From positions 1-64,000 of the forward strand of contig NIVC01002635.1 of assembly GCA_002269645.1 (NCBI GenBank): 64,000 nucleotides of DNA. Direction: 5' to 3'. The position numbers and the translations under genes are program-made. The notes below the pieces were generated by a model that saw nothing but the letters and a program-made list of their open reading frames with translations, was not told where the DNA came from and did no database searches. Shown here piece after piece: positions 48,867 to 59,595 of this stretch (position 1 is the first letter of the stretch; each line of letters starts with the position of its first letter). This DNA is from Macrostomum lignano (lineage: Eukaryota).

Positions 48867-49930
48867 TAGATAGATACAAAAAAGCGCTCACTCAGAGTCA
48901 GCAAACACCAAAGATTATATTAACAGATTAAAATCAAAGGTGAACAATATTTCGGCCTATTGCCTGGCCTTCGTCAGGGTCGAAAAGCAAAGCTTATAAT
49001 CCGATTTAGTTTATATTGTTATAAAGAAAAAATTCGAGAAAATTAATAAATGCGGGAGATAAAGATCAGTTTGAATACGTTCAAAAGTCCGACGGGTGCT
49101 GGGCCGCACGTTGTGCTCCTAATTGAGCAGGGTGTACAATGCAGTTGCAGGTTATTGATCTGAAAATGGTTACGACGTGGCAATGGTGAGAGTGGACAGC
49201 TTAGACGGACAGAGAATGTCTTGAATCGAGCTCGATCTGGTGTACGCCGCCACAGTGTCCAGCTCACGAGCATTGTCTGAGATCACCGTGCGGACTCGGT
49301 GTACAAAGCGGGCAGAGTGGTCAGTGTGCGGAATCACTATGGGAATGCAAGCATGATTGGTCGTTTCAACCGTGTTTAGGCCACTTGGGAATCGGGTGCT
49401 AAGCAAGCCGATCAGTTTTTGTTCCATGTTCCTTCTACGGCGCTGGGCTCCTTTCTTGTCGGCTTTGCACTCAGTGCTCAAGTATCGACTGTCTCGACAC
49501 TGGCGCGTCTTTTTTCAACTTGATGTCGCTCAGGTGGGCTTATATTCTGACTTTTAGAGCACCACCTGTCTCCCCAATGTAGACGCAGTGACCATTACAA
49601 GTCTTACAGAGAATCGCATAGACCACGTCTCTGGAGTCACAGCAGACTCTTTGGTTGATTCTGTAGACAATTTTAGTGGCATTTATTAGTGTCCATACAG
49701 GTGGCAGCTCGAATTTTTGCATCTAATAAAACCGAATTCCCACCTGCAGTCCATGTAGTTACCTAGTTGAGTGAGAGCAGAGGTTTTTGCGTCTTGAATA
49801 ATTCGGACAGAATACCCACTGCTGGCCTGGTCGAAGTCTACGTTGAAAGTACAGCGGCGAGCATAGCGAAGGAACTGAGATTGGACAATGCCTTTATGCG
49901 TAGGATGTATGCGTAGGATTAAAAGAGTCT
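48867..49930 (-). mobile_element. Penelope-like element fragment (RT thumb plus GIY-YIG), decayed
   Basis: HPTHKGIVQSQFLRYARRC; DVVYAILCKTC...VYIGETGGALKVRI*EHL; flanked by an imperfect ~36-bp direct repeat (48830-48866 and 50041-50075). Confidence 0.8.
48942..48982 (-). ncRNA. Hammerhead-like core in the second Penelope 3' UTR
   Basis: Minus strand: CTGACGA-A-GGCC(AGGCAATA)GGCC-GAAATATT; stem I pairing is weak. Confidence 0.5.
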
Positions 49931-50139
49931 GGGTAAACAGTTGGTGAGAGTCTGGGTTAAACAGTTGGTGAGAGTCTGGGTTAAACAGTTGGCGAGAGTC
50001 TGTGGGTTTGAAGTAGATAGAATAATAGATAGATAGATAGACAGCACGGATGACGCTACCATTTACTTTACCTGGTCACAATTTCTGCATTGCAACAACA
50101 AAGCTCCCGTACGTATGCCCACTTCCTGGATCATGCAGT

Positions 50140-50839
50140 TGTTGTGTCTCGGCCTAATGGCCGCTGGACGGGTCAAGGTTCGGGCCCTCCCCGCCTGAGA
50201 CACCCTGTCCCAGCCCTCACCCCGGCTATTCCTACCCTGTCTCGCTCGGTTCGGCGAGAGTTCGCCTGACCGAACACCCTGGGGTCGGCGAGAGTTCACC
50301 GTTCCCAGGTCCCTGCAGATCCCGGCCCCACGCGGCAACCCAGAAGAACGAAAGCTCGAGCTCACCTCCTCTTGATATATCGAGTTACTAACGAAGCGTT
50401 TATTGGCCCGAAGCAGTTATTGGCACGCGAAGGCAGAGGTACGCCGATGAACGCAAAAACAGTAAGAACGAAGCGGACACCAATAGAGAGCAAACGTGGA
50501 GCGCAGCCCGCTCAGGGCTAGCATTTAAATAATACACAAAAAAGGGGGAGGGGTGGGACAGAATGGAGACGGCGAGCCAAACCCTGGGGCCCAGCCGGCT
50601 TATCAGCCAGCCAGCCAATACGAGCAGCCCCAGGGTGAGGCGGGCAACGAGGGAGGGGGGGGGCACCCAGATTGGACAGAGATTGGGCCGGGGGCTGGGT
50701 GCAAAGGGCTAGGCCAGGGTTGAGACTTACGCCTCTCACAAACCCTGGCCCGGGCGCGAGACGGGGGACGGGGCGGGGTGGCATGAAAACTGAAAACAAA
50801 AGTACGAGTACATACACACTGGAAGGGCGCAGCCCAACA
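50140..50839 (-). repeat. 3' LTR (700 bp)
   Basis: Matches 56652-57350; preceded on the minus strand by the PPT. Confidence 0.95.
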
Positions 50840-50853
50840 TCCTCCCCCTCCAC
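50840..50853 (-). other. Polypurine tract
   Basis: Minus strand GTGGAGGGGGAGGA immediately before the 3' LTR. Confidence 0.85.
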
Positions 50854-51080
50854 GAAAAAGAAGAGGAGAAAGGGGATGTCAAGCAAAAAGCAACGCATGA
50901 ACAAGCAAGTCTGAAAAAAAAGTTAATTCAAAAAACGACGGCCGAAAAATAACAGAAAAACTTTGACGCGACGCGTGGATATCGCCGGCATTACAAAAAA
51001 CAAAAACGAAAAAATGAAAACGGGACACAAACTATTGCGTACGCAAAAATTGAAAACGGGCTTAAGAACGCAATTCTACT

Positions 51081-52757
51081 CTACAATCGGCCAAAAAATC
51101 TACTACAGTTGGTCGCAAACAGTCGAGTCCAGTACCTGCGATCACATTCACTGTCCGCTAGGGCTTCCGGCACGAACTTGATGGCTGTCGGGTCCTTGGG
51201 GTCTCCACCAAACGGTGCGGCCGATGTCACTAGCAGGCGCTGCCGCGGGAGACGCTTAGCCCGTTGGACCGCTCGCGTGGATCCTCGGCACCGAGCGGAC
51301 ACCTCGAAGAAGACCCCGTGGCACTTGCTCACCAGCGCGGCCTCGACGGCCTCCGGCAAGTCCAGGTCCTCGGCCAGCATGACGCTCATCGTTTGAAACT
51401 CCGGCTGCCGGAGGAATCCTAGGGCGACCGCCCAGGCAGGTTCGCCGCCTTCAACTCGGAACAAAACCGGCAGGCCGAACTCCTTGGCAAGCAAGAACTG
51501 CTCCATCGCCGCCGTTAACTGGTCCTGGCGCTGCGACCTCTCAGCGTCCCAATTGAGCTCGACTTCGCCGACCGCCACGACACGCGGCCAGCTACCCGCT
51601 AGAAATCGTCGTACATCGTCTCGCAGCGATGGCCACCACGGTGCAGCACTGGCCTTCAGGCCCAGGGCGAACACGATCCGTCGGTCTTGCAGCAGTGGTC
51701 GGACCACGGGACATTCTAGACGCAGGCAGTACGGCGAGTTTACAGCCGCTAGACATCGACGCACGCCACGAAGGTCCTCGGGCTGAATCGACCGGCCCAG
51801 CCTCGTTAGGTATGCCTTTGCATCGACGAGACGCTTAGCCGAGCTGACCTTGCGCTGATTCGGGTCGTCACGGGGGGAGACCTCCTGGACCGTGTCGGCC
51901 GGTCGTACTTGCTCGGGGTCGACACCCGTTAACTCTTCGGTCGCCAAGTCGCGCTGGGCCGTCAGCGGAGTCTGCGAAAGGTGCGGCCCGTCACTCCCCT
52001 CCTCCGGGCGCCGCGCGAGGCCAGGATCCACTAAGAGAGACAGACCCCGGAGCCTCCCCAACAAGGGACCCCCCAACTCACACAGCTCAAAACCCCGCAC
52101 AGCCAACAACACGCACTCAAACGCCGCCTGCAGCACCGAAGGCGGGACCCTCCGACACCTCCCGGAGCCACCACCAGAACCTCTCTTCCGCCCATACTGA
52201 TTGCACAGAAACGACACAGACACTGCTAAGAATCTAGACAACTGCTCAGGCACACTCACACCAGCCCCATCAAGAAACCTCGCCACCTCCTGAACCACCA
52301 GGCAAGCTCCTTCACTATCCCCAGCCCTCAACCGCGCCAGCAGCGCACCCCTCAGCCGCCTACACTCAGCAAGCGCAGCCGGAGCCAATAACTCGGCTGG
52401 GATCTCCGCGTGAACTGGAGCTTCCCCTGCGGCGCTTCCCTTAAGACTAGCCAAAGCTAACCTGACCTGCTCGGGCAACTCAACGTCAGGGGGAGGATTG
52501 AAAAAGTAGGCGTACTTTAACACCCCTTGACACGCTGCCTCCCCAACCCGATCGTATACTTCCCGAAACACTGGGTCAGATAAAACGCACATCGCCATCA
52601 CGTCTCGCTGAGACTCCGGAGACTCTACCTCGGCAGGACAGACGCGGGGCCGCTTTGAGTACAGACGACTACACGCTGCCTCAATCTCCGCAGAGTTAGC
52701 AGTCCGACCCACGCCTAACACGCCATACAAATCAGTCGGTGTCGTTGGCGACGACAT
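51081..52757 (-). CDS. Extra ORF: N-terminal J-domain-like region fused to a TatD-like TIM barrel (558 aa from Met at 52757)
   Basis: DLYGVLGVGRTANSAEIEAA...VLSDPVFREVYDRVG (DnaJ-like, HPD absent); LVDAKAYL...VVAVGEVELN...QFLLAKEFGLPVLF...LPRQRLLVTSAAPF...NCSRFF (TatD-like). Confidence 0.75.
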   Translation of the reverse strand: MSSPTTPTDLYGVLGVGRTANSAEIEAACSRLYSKRPRVCPAEVESPESQRDVMAMCVLSDPVFREVYDRVGEAACQGVLKYAYFFNPPPDVELPEQVRLALASLKGSAAGEAPVHAEIPAELLAPAALAECRRLRGALLARLRAGDSEGACLVVQEVARFLDGAGVSVPEQLSRFLAVSVSFLCNQYGRKRGSGGGSGRCRRVPPSVLQAAFECVLLAVRGFELCELGGPLLGRLRGLSLLVDPGLARRPEEGSDGPHLSQTPLTAQRDLATEELTGVDPEQVRPADTVQEVSPRDDPNQRKVSSAKRLVDAKAYLTRLGRSIQPEDLRGVRRCLAAVNSPYCLRLECPVVRPLLQDRRIVFALGLKASAAPWWPSLRDDVRRFLAGSWPRVVAVGEVELNWDAERSQRQDQLTAAMEQFLLAKEFGLPVLFRVEGGEPAWAVALGFLRQPEFQTMSVMLAEDLDLPEAVEAALVSKCHGVFFEVSARCRGSTRAVQRAKRLPRQRLLVTSAAPFGGDPKDPTAIKFVPEALADSECDRRYWTRLFATNCSRFFGRL

Positions 52758-52840
52758 GGTCCTCCTGCAATGATGACATTTAAACCCAATCACTACCTAT
52801 GCCTTGCGGACTAGCAACTGTGACCCTGACCTGACCCATC

Positions 52841-55601
52841 CTATGACATGTTTATTTTACAATACGATTGAGAACGCTTCGCCTTCGCACAGTGGACACA
52901 GCTCCGGCAATACTCTTCCACGGAACGACTCAGCCCCGGCCACCAGTATCTCGCCTTCACTTTCTCTTGTGTCTTCCTAACCCCAAGGTGCCCTCCTGCA
53001 ACCCCATCATGAAGCTCACTGAGCACTTTCGGCAGCAAAGCCGGCGGCAGCAAGATCTTTTTCTGGCACCCACTCCCGGGACTCTGAAAATACAACAGAT
53101 CAGACTCTACTCTTGTCAGCTGCCGTTGTGCCCACAGCACACGCTCCTCCCACGACATCACTCTAGGCGCACTGGGGTTCGAACCCGGGTCCAGGGCATA
53201 GGAGCGGACAGCTGCAAGCTTCTTCTCGGCCACTTGCGCCTGCTGGACTTCCTTCGAAGACAGCCCACTGCCAAACACCGCGTTCACTACTGGCACATTC
53301 TCGCTAAACTGGCAGCTGGGGCAGCTCTCATGGCCAGCGTGTTTTCGGTACTTGCGAGACAGCGAATCAGCGTTGCCGTGCTCCTTGCCTGGCCTGTGAA
53401 TGATCTCAAAGTCGAAGTTCTGGAGCGACTCAAGCCACCTTGCGCACTGACCCTCTACGTCCTTCAGACTGGCTAGCCACTGCAAAGCTTTGTGGTCTGA
53501 ACGAACAGTGAACTTTCTACCTAACAAATAGTACCTATACTTTTTGACGAAGTGCACGACGGCAAGCAACTCTAACCTGGTGGTGCAATAATTTTTCTCC
53601 GCCGCATGAATCATCCTAGACCCGTAAGCGATCACCTTCTCACGGCCATCTGCTTGACGCTGTGACAGGACGGCTCCCAGCCCGACGCGCGAACTGGCGT
53701 CCGTGTCGAGGATGAACTCCCCGGCACCAGGCGAAAAATCCGGGAATGCCATCACATTCGGTGAACACAAAGCGTCTTTCAGCCTGCAAAACGAACTCTC
53801 CTCTTCACTACCCCACTCAAACTTCACTCCGTCTGCGGTTAACCTATACAGCGGCGCTGCAATCTCCGAAAACTGCGGGATAAATGACTGATAGTAGGCG
53901 CACGTACCCAGGAATGCCTGCACCTTCTTGGCGCTACATGGCCTCGGCCAATTCTGGATCTCCTCGCACTTGCTCGGGTCCGTTGCGATCCCCTCCTGAG
54001 AGACGATGTGGCCCAGAAACTTCACCCGCTCTGCGAGGAACACACACTTGGCGGGCTTCAGCTTGACATTGGCATCCCTCAGGCACTGGAAAACATGCTT
54101 CAATCGCTCGAGATGCTGACCCACCGACTTGGCGAACACGACTATATCGTCAAAGTACACCAGGCACTCCTTCCAGTTAACCTCAGACAGGGCCATAGAC
54201 ATTAGCCTGGCGAACGTAGCGGGAGCATTGCGCAAGCCAAAACTCATGCACTTCCAGGCGAACTGACCCCTGTTGGGTACCACGAACGCCGTTTTCAACT
54301 GGTCCTTCGGCTCAATCGGGCACTGATGATAGCCGGAGGCCAGATCCATCGTCGAGAAAACACAGTTCCCTCCTAGCGCATCAAGCGTCTCGTCCATCCG
54401 CGGCGGTGGGTAAGGATCTGGCACTGTGACCTCGTTAAGGCGCCGATAGTCTAGACACAACCTCAAGCTACCGTCGGCCTTTTTAACCGGCACGATCGGG
54501 CTCGCCCACGGAGAGTAGCAGGGATAGATGCGATCCTGCTGCAACAACTCATCAACCTGCTTATCAATTTCCTCCTTCCAGCGCGGTGGAATCCTACGCG
54601 CGGGCTGACTTACTGGCTTGGCTTGCCGGTGTCAATCTCATGCGCCATCAAGTGTGACTGTCCCAACTCCGAGCTATCCCTGGCAAAGACATCACGATTC
54701 CGAGCCATCAGGCGCTCAAACTCGTGCTTCTCATCGCCCGTCAGGCCACATCCTCCCCACTCCTTGACATCGCTGAGGGGGTTCCAGTCGTCTCGGACAC
54801 TCTCCACCGAGTTCACCTGCCACCCAGCTGGCTGCTGGGCCGCCACTGGGGAGAACCAACCAATTCGGCTTCCCTTCCTTAATGACAGACTGCATCCTGA
54901 CGTGTTCAACACCCTGACAGCCAAGCGACCGTCCCCGTCAGGCATCTGTACCGATCTGGCCACCATCTGCTCGTTACTCACTCTCCTCTCAGACTCCACA
55001 ATGCCTAGGAACTGAACCCCAGAGGGAACCCTTCTCTGCAACCTGACGTGCACCACCTTCTCTTGACCTGCATTGAACTGCTCAGGCTGACTCAGCACCA
55101 GACGGCAAAGACGCGGCTTATCTGCTGATAAGCGAAACGGATACACACAGGATGCAGTCTGCAAGCAATTCCTAGCAAAGTCAATCGCCATCCCGTGTCT
55201 CACGAAAAAGTCAGTGCCCAGAATACATGCCACAGCCAGTTCCTCGACCACAGCGAACTCGTGCAAAAACTCGGTGTCCCCAACAGAAAACTTCATCGTC
55301 ACCATTCCATGTACAGCAATCGGTTCCCCATTGGCAGCGAAAACGGAAAAATTCGGCAATTCGGCGATAAGTCAATGTCGGCTTTTCTAGACTTCAGGAA
55401 ACGGTTGCTTAACAACGACACGGTGGCCCCGCTGTCAAGCAGACATGCAATCGGGGGCCCAAACCTAAACTGTGCATCCACATAGCCCAGTCCCTGCCGA
55501 CTCAGCACACTCTGGGACAAGGCCGCGGCCCCCGATGCACCCGGATTCACTGACGCTGGGGCCCGGACGGGTGCCCCGGCCGAGCCCCCAATCCGTTTCC
55601 C
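52841..55601 (-). pseudogene. pol: pol: protease, RT, RNase H and integrase Zn finger only; broken by 8-bp and 5-bp tandem duplications
   Basis: LLDSGATVS; SPWASPIVPVKKADGSLRLCLDYRRLN; YFDD; LDTDAS...SDHKAL; HDGVAGGH...CRSC, then a stop with no DDE core. Confidence 0.9.
55537..55601 (-). promoter_or_regulatory. Gag-pol -1 ribosomal frameshift signal (G GGA AAC plus predicted pseudoknot)
   Basis: The slippery heptamer at 55601-55595 is in the gag frame and a -1 shift enters the protease frame; stem GGGGCTCGG/CCGGGCCCC; loop GCACCCG is complementary to downstream CGGGTGC. Confidence 0.8.
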
Positions 55602-56527
55602 GAACCCGACTGGTCCCACCGACGATAGCAGCGGTTGCGCATGTGCCCTGACTGGCCACACTCCCGGCAGACCACTGCATTACGGCACCGAGCCGTAGTA
55701 TGCCCTGTCTGCAGGCACCGACCACACTGCCTCTGCTGCTGACTCTGCTCAGGGGCTCGATGCTGCAAGCTCACTTTTGGCTGCTCAGACCTTGCTGTCG
55801 CCATCGGCGCAGTGGGCGCTGCAGCACTTGCTTTTAGCTGAGCCACTTCCGCTTTCAGAGCTGCTATCTCGGCGGCTGCCCTGGACTCCTGGCTGTTGCC
55901 AGCCGCTGCGGCCTGACCCCCCACCATGTGCACAGCTCGCTTACCCTCGGGCTCCATCAGAGCCAACGATGCCCTCACTTGACGCACCCGCCTAATAGCG
56001 TCCTGGAGCGTCTCTGGCGCTTGCAGCAGCACGCTCTCCAGCACCCGGGCTGGCACCCGAATCCCCTTCAAAAACCTGTCTTTCACCAACTCTTCTCGCT
56101 GGGCCGCTGGCAGCATTGGGTACGATTTTCTCATAAGCTCCTTGAGCACGTCTGCATATTCTTCAATGGGCTCGCCATCTTTCTGATTCCTACTCTGGAA
56201 CTCGGTCTTGTAATCTTGAGCAGTCCTATTCTCATCAAACCTAGCTTCTAGCTGCTCAACAAACTCATCATACGGCAAATCATCGGCCAACTCAAGATTC
56301 GCAACAGCCTTAAAAGCAGTATTAAAGTCAAGCAGACTGAGCAGCGCCTGCTTGCGCTGATCCCCTAGAATATGAGCCGCCTCACAATACCCTGTGAATT
56401 GTTGCATCCAAAGGGCAAAGTCCTGTGTGGGCACGTACTTATTTGGCCTCGGCACCCGCTGTGCCACATTAAGTTCGTTTTGCAGACGCGCCGTCAGGGC
56501 GTCAATCAGATCGTCTAAATTGGCCAT
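55547..56527 (-). CDS. gag: Gag with two CCHC zinc knuckles
   Basis: Open ORF starting MANLDDL; CGRCLQTGHTTARC and CRECGQSGHMRNRC. Confidence 0.92.
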   Translation of the reverse strand: MANLDDLIDALTARLQNELNVAQRVPRPNKYVPTQDFALWMQQFTGYCEAAHILGDQRKQALLSLLDFNTAFKAVANLELADDLPYDEFVEQLEARFDENRTAQDYKTEFQSRNQKDGEPIEEYADVLKELMRKSYPMLPAAQREELVKDRFLKGIRVPARVLESVLLQAPETLQDAIRRVRQVRASLALMEPEGKRAVHMVGGQAAAAGNSQESRAAAEIAALKAEVAQLKASAAAPTAPMATARSEQPKVSLQHRAPEQSQQQRQCGRCLQTGHTTARCRNAVVCRECGQSGHMRNRCYRRWDQSGSGNGLGARPGHPSGPQRQ

Positions 56528-56631
56528 GGCTACAAAAACACAGAGACAACCGAAGCAAACAACACACAAATAAACTAGGCAACGCACACAACCCTAAACA
56601 CACGGCAGGACAGCAGGGGAGAGGACCGCTG

Positions 56632-56649
56632 ATCCTGGTCACGGCACCA
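56632..56649 (-). other. Primer-binding site, tRNA-His type
   Basis: TGGTGCCGTGACCAGGAT, 2 nt after the 5' LTR; complementary to the ...CACGGCACCA 3' end typical of tRNA-His. Confidence 0.8.
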
Positions 56650-56651
56650 CT

Positions 56652-57350
56652 TGTTGTGTCTCGGCCTAATGGCCGCTGGACGGGTCAAGGTTCGGGCCCT
56701 CCCCGCCTGAGACACCCCTGTCCCAGCCCTCACCCCGGCTATTCCTACCCTGTCTCGCTCGGTTCGGCGAGAGTTCGCCTGACCGAACACCCTGGGGTCG
56801 GCGAGAGTTCACCGTTCCCAGGTCCCTGCAGATCCCGGCCCCACGCGGCAACCCAGAAGAACGAAAGCTCGAGCTCACCTCCTCTTGATATATCGAGTTA
56901 CTAACGAAGCGTTTATTGGCCCGAAGCAGTTATTGGCACGCGAAGGCAGAGGTACGCCGATGAACGCAAAAACAGTAAGAACGAAGCGGACACCAATAGA
57001 GAGCAAACGTGGAGCGCAGCCCGCTCAGGGCTAGCATTTAAATAATACACAAAAAAGGGGGAGGGGTGGGACAGAATGGAGACGGCGAGCCAAACCCTGG
57101 GGCCCAGCCGGCTTATCAGCCAGCCAGCCAATACGAGCAGCCCCAGGGTGAGGCGGGCAACGAGGGAGGGGGGGCACCCAGATTGGACAGAGATTGGGCC
57201 GGGGGCTGGGTGCAAAGGGCTAGGCCAGGGTTGAGACTTACGCCTCTCACAAACCCTGGCCCGGGCGCGAGACGGGGGACGGGGCGGGGTGGCATGAAAA
57301 CTGAAAACAAAAGTACGAGTACATACACACTGGAAGGGCGCAGCCCAACA
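56652..57350 (-). repeat. 5' LTR (699 bp)
   Basis: Matches 50140-50839; followed by the PBS on the minus strand. Confidence 0.95.
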
Positions 57351-57384
57351 CAGTCTTGAATGAGCTTCGTAATCGGAACTGCTG

Positions 57385-59550
57385 CTTCTTCTTCTTCTTC
57401 TTTGGAGCGCCTCCGTTCCGGCTAGGCCGATCTGGAGGGGGGCGTGGATCCCGAGGGGAGCCGCCCCATGCTGCGTAGTAGTCTGACGATGGCCTCCGGG
57501 GACCCCATCAGGTCGCCCGGGGCCAGGCCGCTTCTTCTCCGGAAATGGTCACCGCGGGGGCAGTGGAGGAGCAGATGCTCAGCCGAGTCCTCCGCGCCAC
57601 ACTCGGGGCAGGCGGGGGACTGTTCCAAGCCCAGGCGGTGTCTGGTGCTAAAGTTGATGGTGCTGGCGCCGGACCGAAGCTGGTTGACCAGGACCTGGAG
57701 ACGTCTAGGGAGGCTGGTCGGCGGCTGCAGTCTCGGCGGCAGGACTCTGGCGTCCAGCATTCTGCGAGAGCGACGAGCGGCTGCCCTTGCCGCGTCAAGC
57801 TCGATCGGCACCGCCTGTTGGTCGAGCCCGGCCGCGTTGGCGGCGGCGCGGTCGGCCGCCTCGTTGCCGGCGACCCCGCAGCGGGATGGCACCCAAGCGA
57901 AGTGAACAGGGCGGTTCATGGCGATCAGGTTGAGGAGTTTACTCCAGCAGTCCGCGGCAACTGAGTTTTGCTGGCACAGGGGTCCGGCGCTGAGCGCCTG
58001 GATGGCGCTGAGGCTGTCCGTGGCGATAGTTATGGCGCCCGTGGGCGGTGCCGGGTGGCGGGCGATGTCTAAGGCCTCCCTGATGGCGCAGAGTTCTGTG
58101 GTAAAGCTGCTGCAGAGCGCGCCAGCCGCGACGAGGCGGGCGTCGTTGTCCGGTAGCCACTGGGCGATCGCCGCACCGCCTCCGTTCGTGAAACCGCCAG
58201 CCGCGGATCCGTCCGTCCAGATGACGTGTCCGGAGGTCTCCAATGAGCCGACGATTTGCCTGGCGATGTTAGCTTTCATGGCCGCCGGCATGTCGCGGCT
58301 GATAACCTTGCTGAGCGAGACATCGAACTGGACGCGGCCGGCCTCGGCCACTTCCCACGGTGGGGGACCGAGGGGTCGGTGGGCCCGGGGCGTCCAGCAG
58401 CCGCGGAATTGACGACGGGCGTCGAGCGTCGAGGTCCCTGTCCGGGAGGCGCTGATTGACCCCCTCGGCCTGATTCGGCCGGTTGGCGGCTTCGAAGGCG
58501 CGGTTTTTGAGGCGCGGGGTTGTGACCGCTGTCGCGATGCTCTGCGATGGCGATCCGTCCGGGAGGCGAGCCATCCGCTCTCTTAGCGTGCACGCGCGTT
58601 CGATGGCAACGTGGCTGAGGGGCGGCAGCTCGGCGATGCTAAGGAGTTTTTCAGTGCGGGCCGTGAATATGCAGCCAGTGATCAGGCGCGCGCATGCGTT
58701 CTGCTGGCGCTCGACTAGGAGCCTGGTGCTCGGTGCCGCTCCCGCAAGCCATACGCCGCTGCCGTAGTCCGCCACAGCTCGGATGGTGGCAACGTAAACG
58801 GTGCGGAGGATGCTGTGCGTCGCACCCGTTTGCCGGTGTGCGATGGCCTGCAGTGGGCGTCTTCTGGCAGCCATGCGGCGACGGATATCTTTGGCGTGCT
58901 CCGCGAACCCAAGGTGGTCGTCGAACTTAACGCCGAGGAAGACCGGGTTGGGCTCGAAACGAAGCTCGCTGCCGCCGATGCTGAGTTCGACTCTGGTCTT
59001 GCCGCGGTTCTCGTTGGGGCACAGCGTGAAAGTGCTGTAACTGCACTTCCCAGTGCTGAGCACGAACTTGTTCTGGTCGCACCAGCGGGCCACGGAGTGC
59101 AGGGCCGGTTGCACGATGTGCCCGCAGCTTTCGAGGTCCGTATGGCGCGCCAGGATGGCCGAGTCGTCGGCATACAGACTGATCTCGGCTTCCGGCGATG
59201 CTTCCGCGATGGCAGTTGGCAGGTCGTTAACGTAGACCAGCCAAAGCAGAGGGGCGATCACCGAGCCTTGGGGCAGGCCTTCCCGGAAGATGCGCTCTCT
59301 GCTGAGGCTATTGCCGAATCGGACGCGCGCTCTCCTGTCGCTTAGGAAGCTGTTGGTCCAGCGCAGGACGCAGGCGGGGACTCCCAGCTTCTCGAGCTTG
59401 CAGATCAGAGACTTCCGCCACACCTTGTCGTAGGCTCTGCTGAAGTCGAGTAAACAGAGGATCGCTCTAAGCGCAGGAGTCTCTTCCAGCCCGTCAAAGA
59501 TAAGCTGGGCGATGCGGGCGATCTGCTCTTCGCACGAGGAAACCAGCTTG
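57385..59550 (-). mobile_element. 5'-truncated LINE A (RT, RNase H, CCHC) with (AAG)n tail
   Basis: LLDFSRAYDKVW, GLPQGSVIAP, LYADD, WTDGSA...TTELCAI...TDSLSAI...WVPSRCGVAGNEAAD, CPECG...H...HC; one frameshift near 58.3 kb. Confidence 0.9.
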
Positions 59551-59595
59551 GACTTTGCTGAGAGTGCCCTTGGATTCCAGCAGGAACTGCTGCTG

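Larger units (their letters stand above)
50140..57350 (-). mobile_element. Ty3/Gypsy LTR retrotransposon, 7.2 kb, very recent, integrase core missing, with extra ORF
   Basis: LTRs 50140-50839 and 56652-57350 (TG...CA), differing only in homopolymer length by eye; TSD CAGT at 50136-50139 and 57351-57354; domain order gag-PR-RT-RH-IN(Zn). Confidence 0.95.

Noticed and set aside
51081-52757. env gene in the third-ORF position
   Set aside because: No signal peptide, furin site or transmembrane anchor evident; motifs fit J-domain and TatD folds better.
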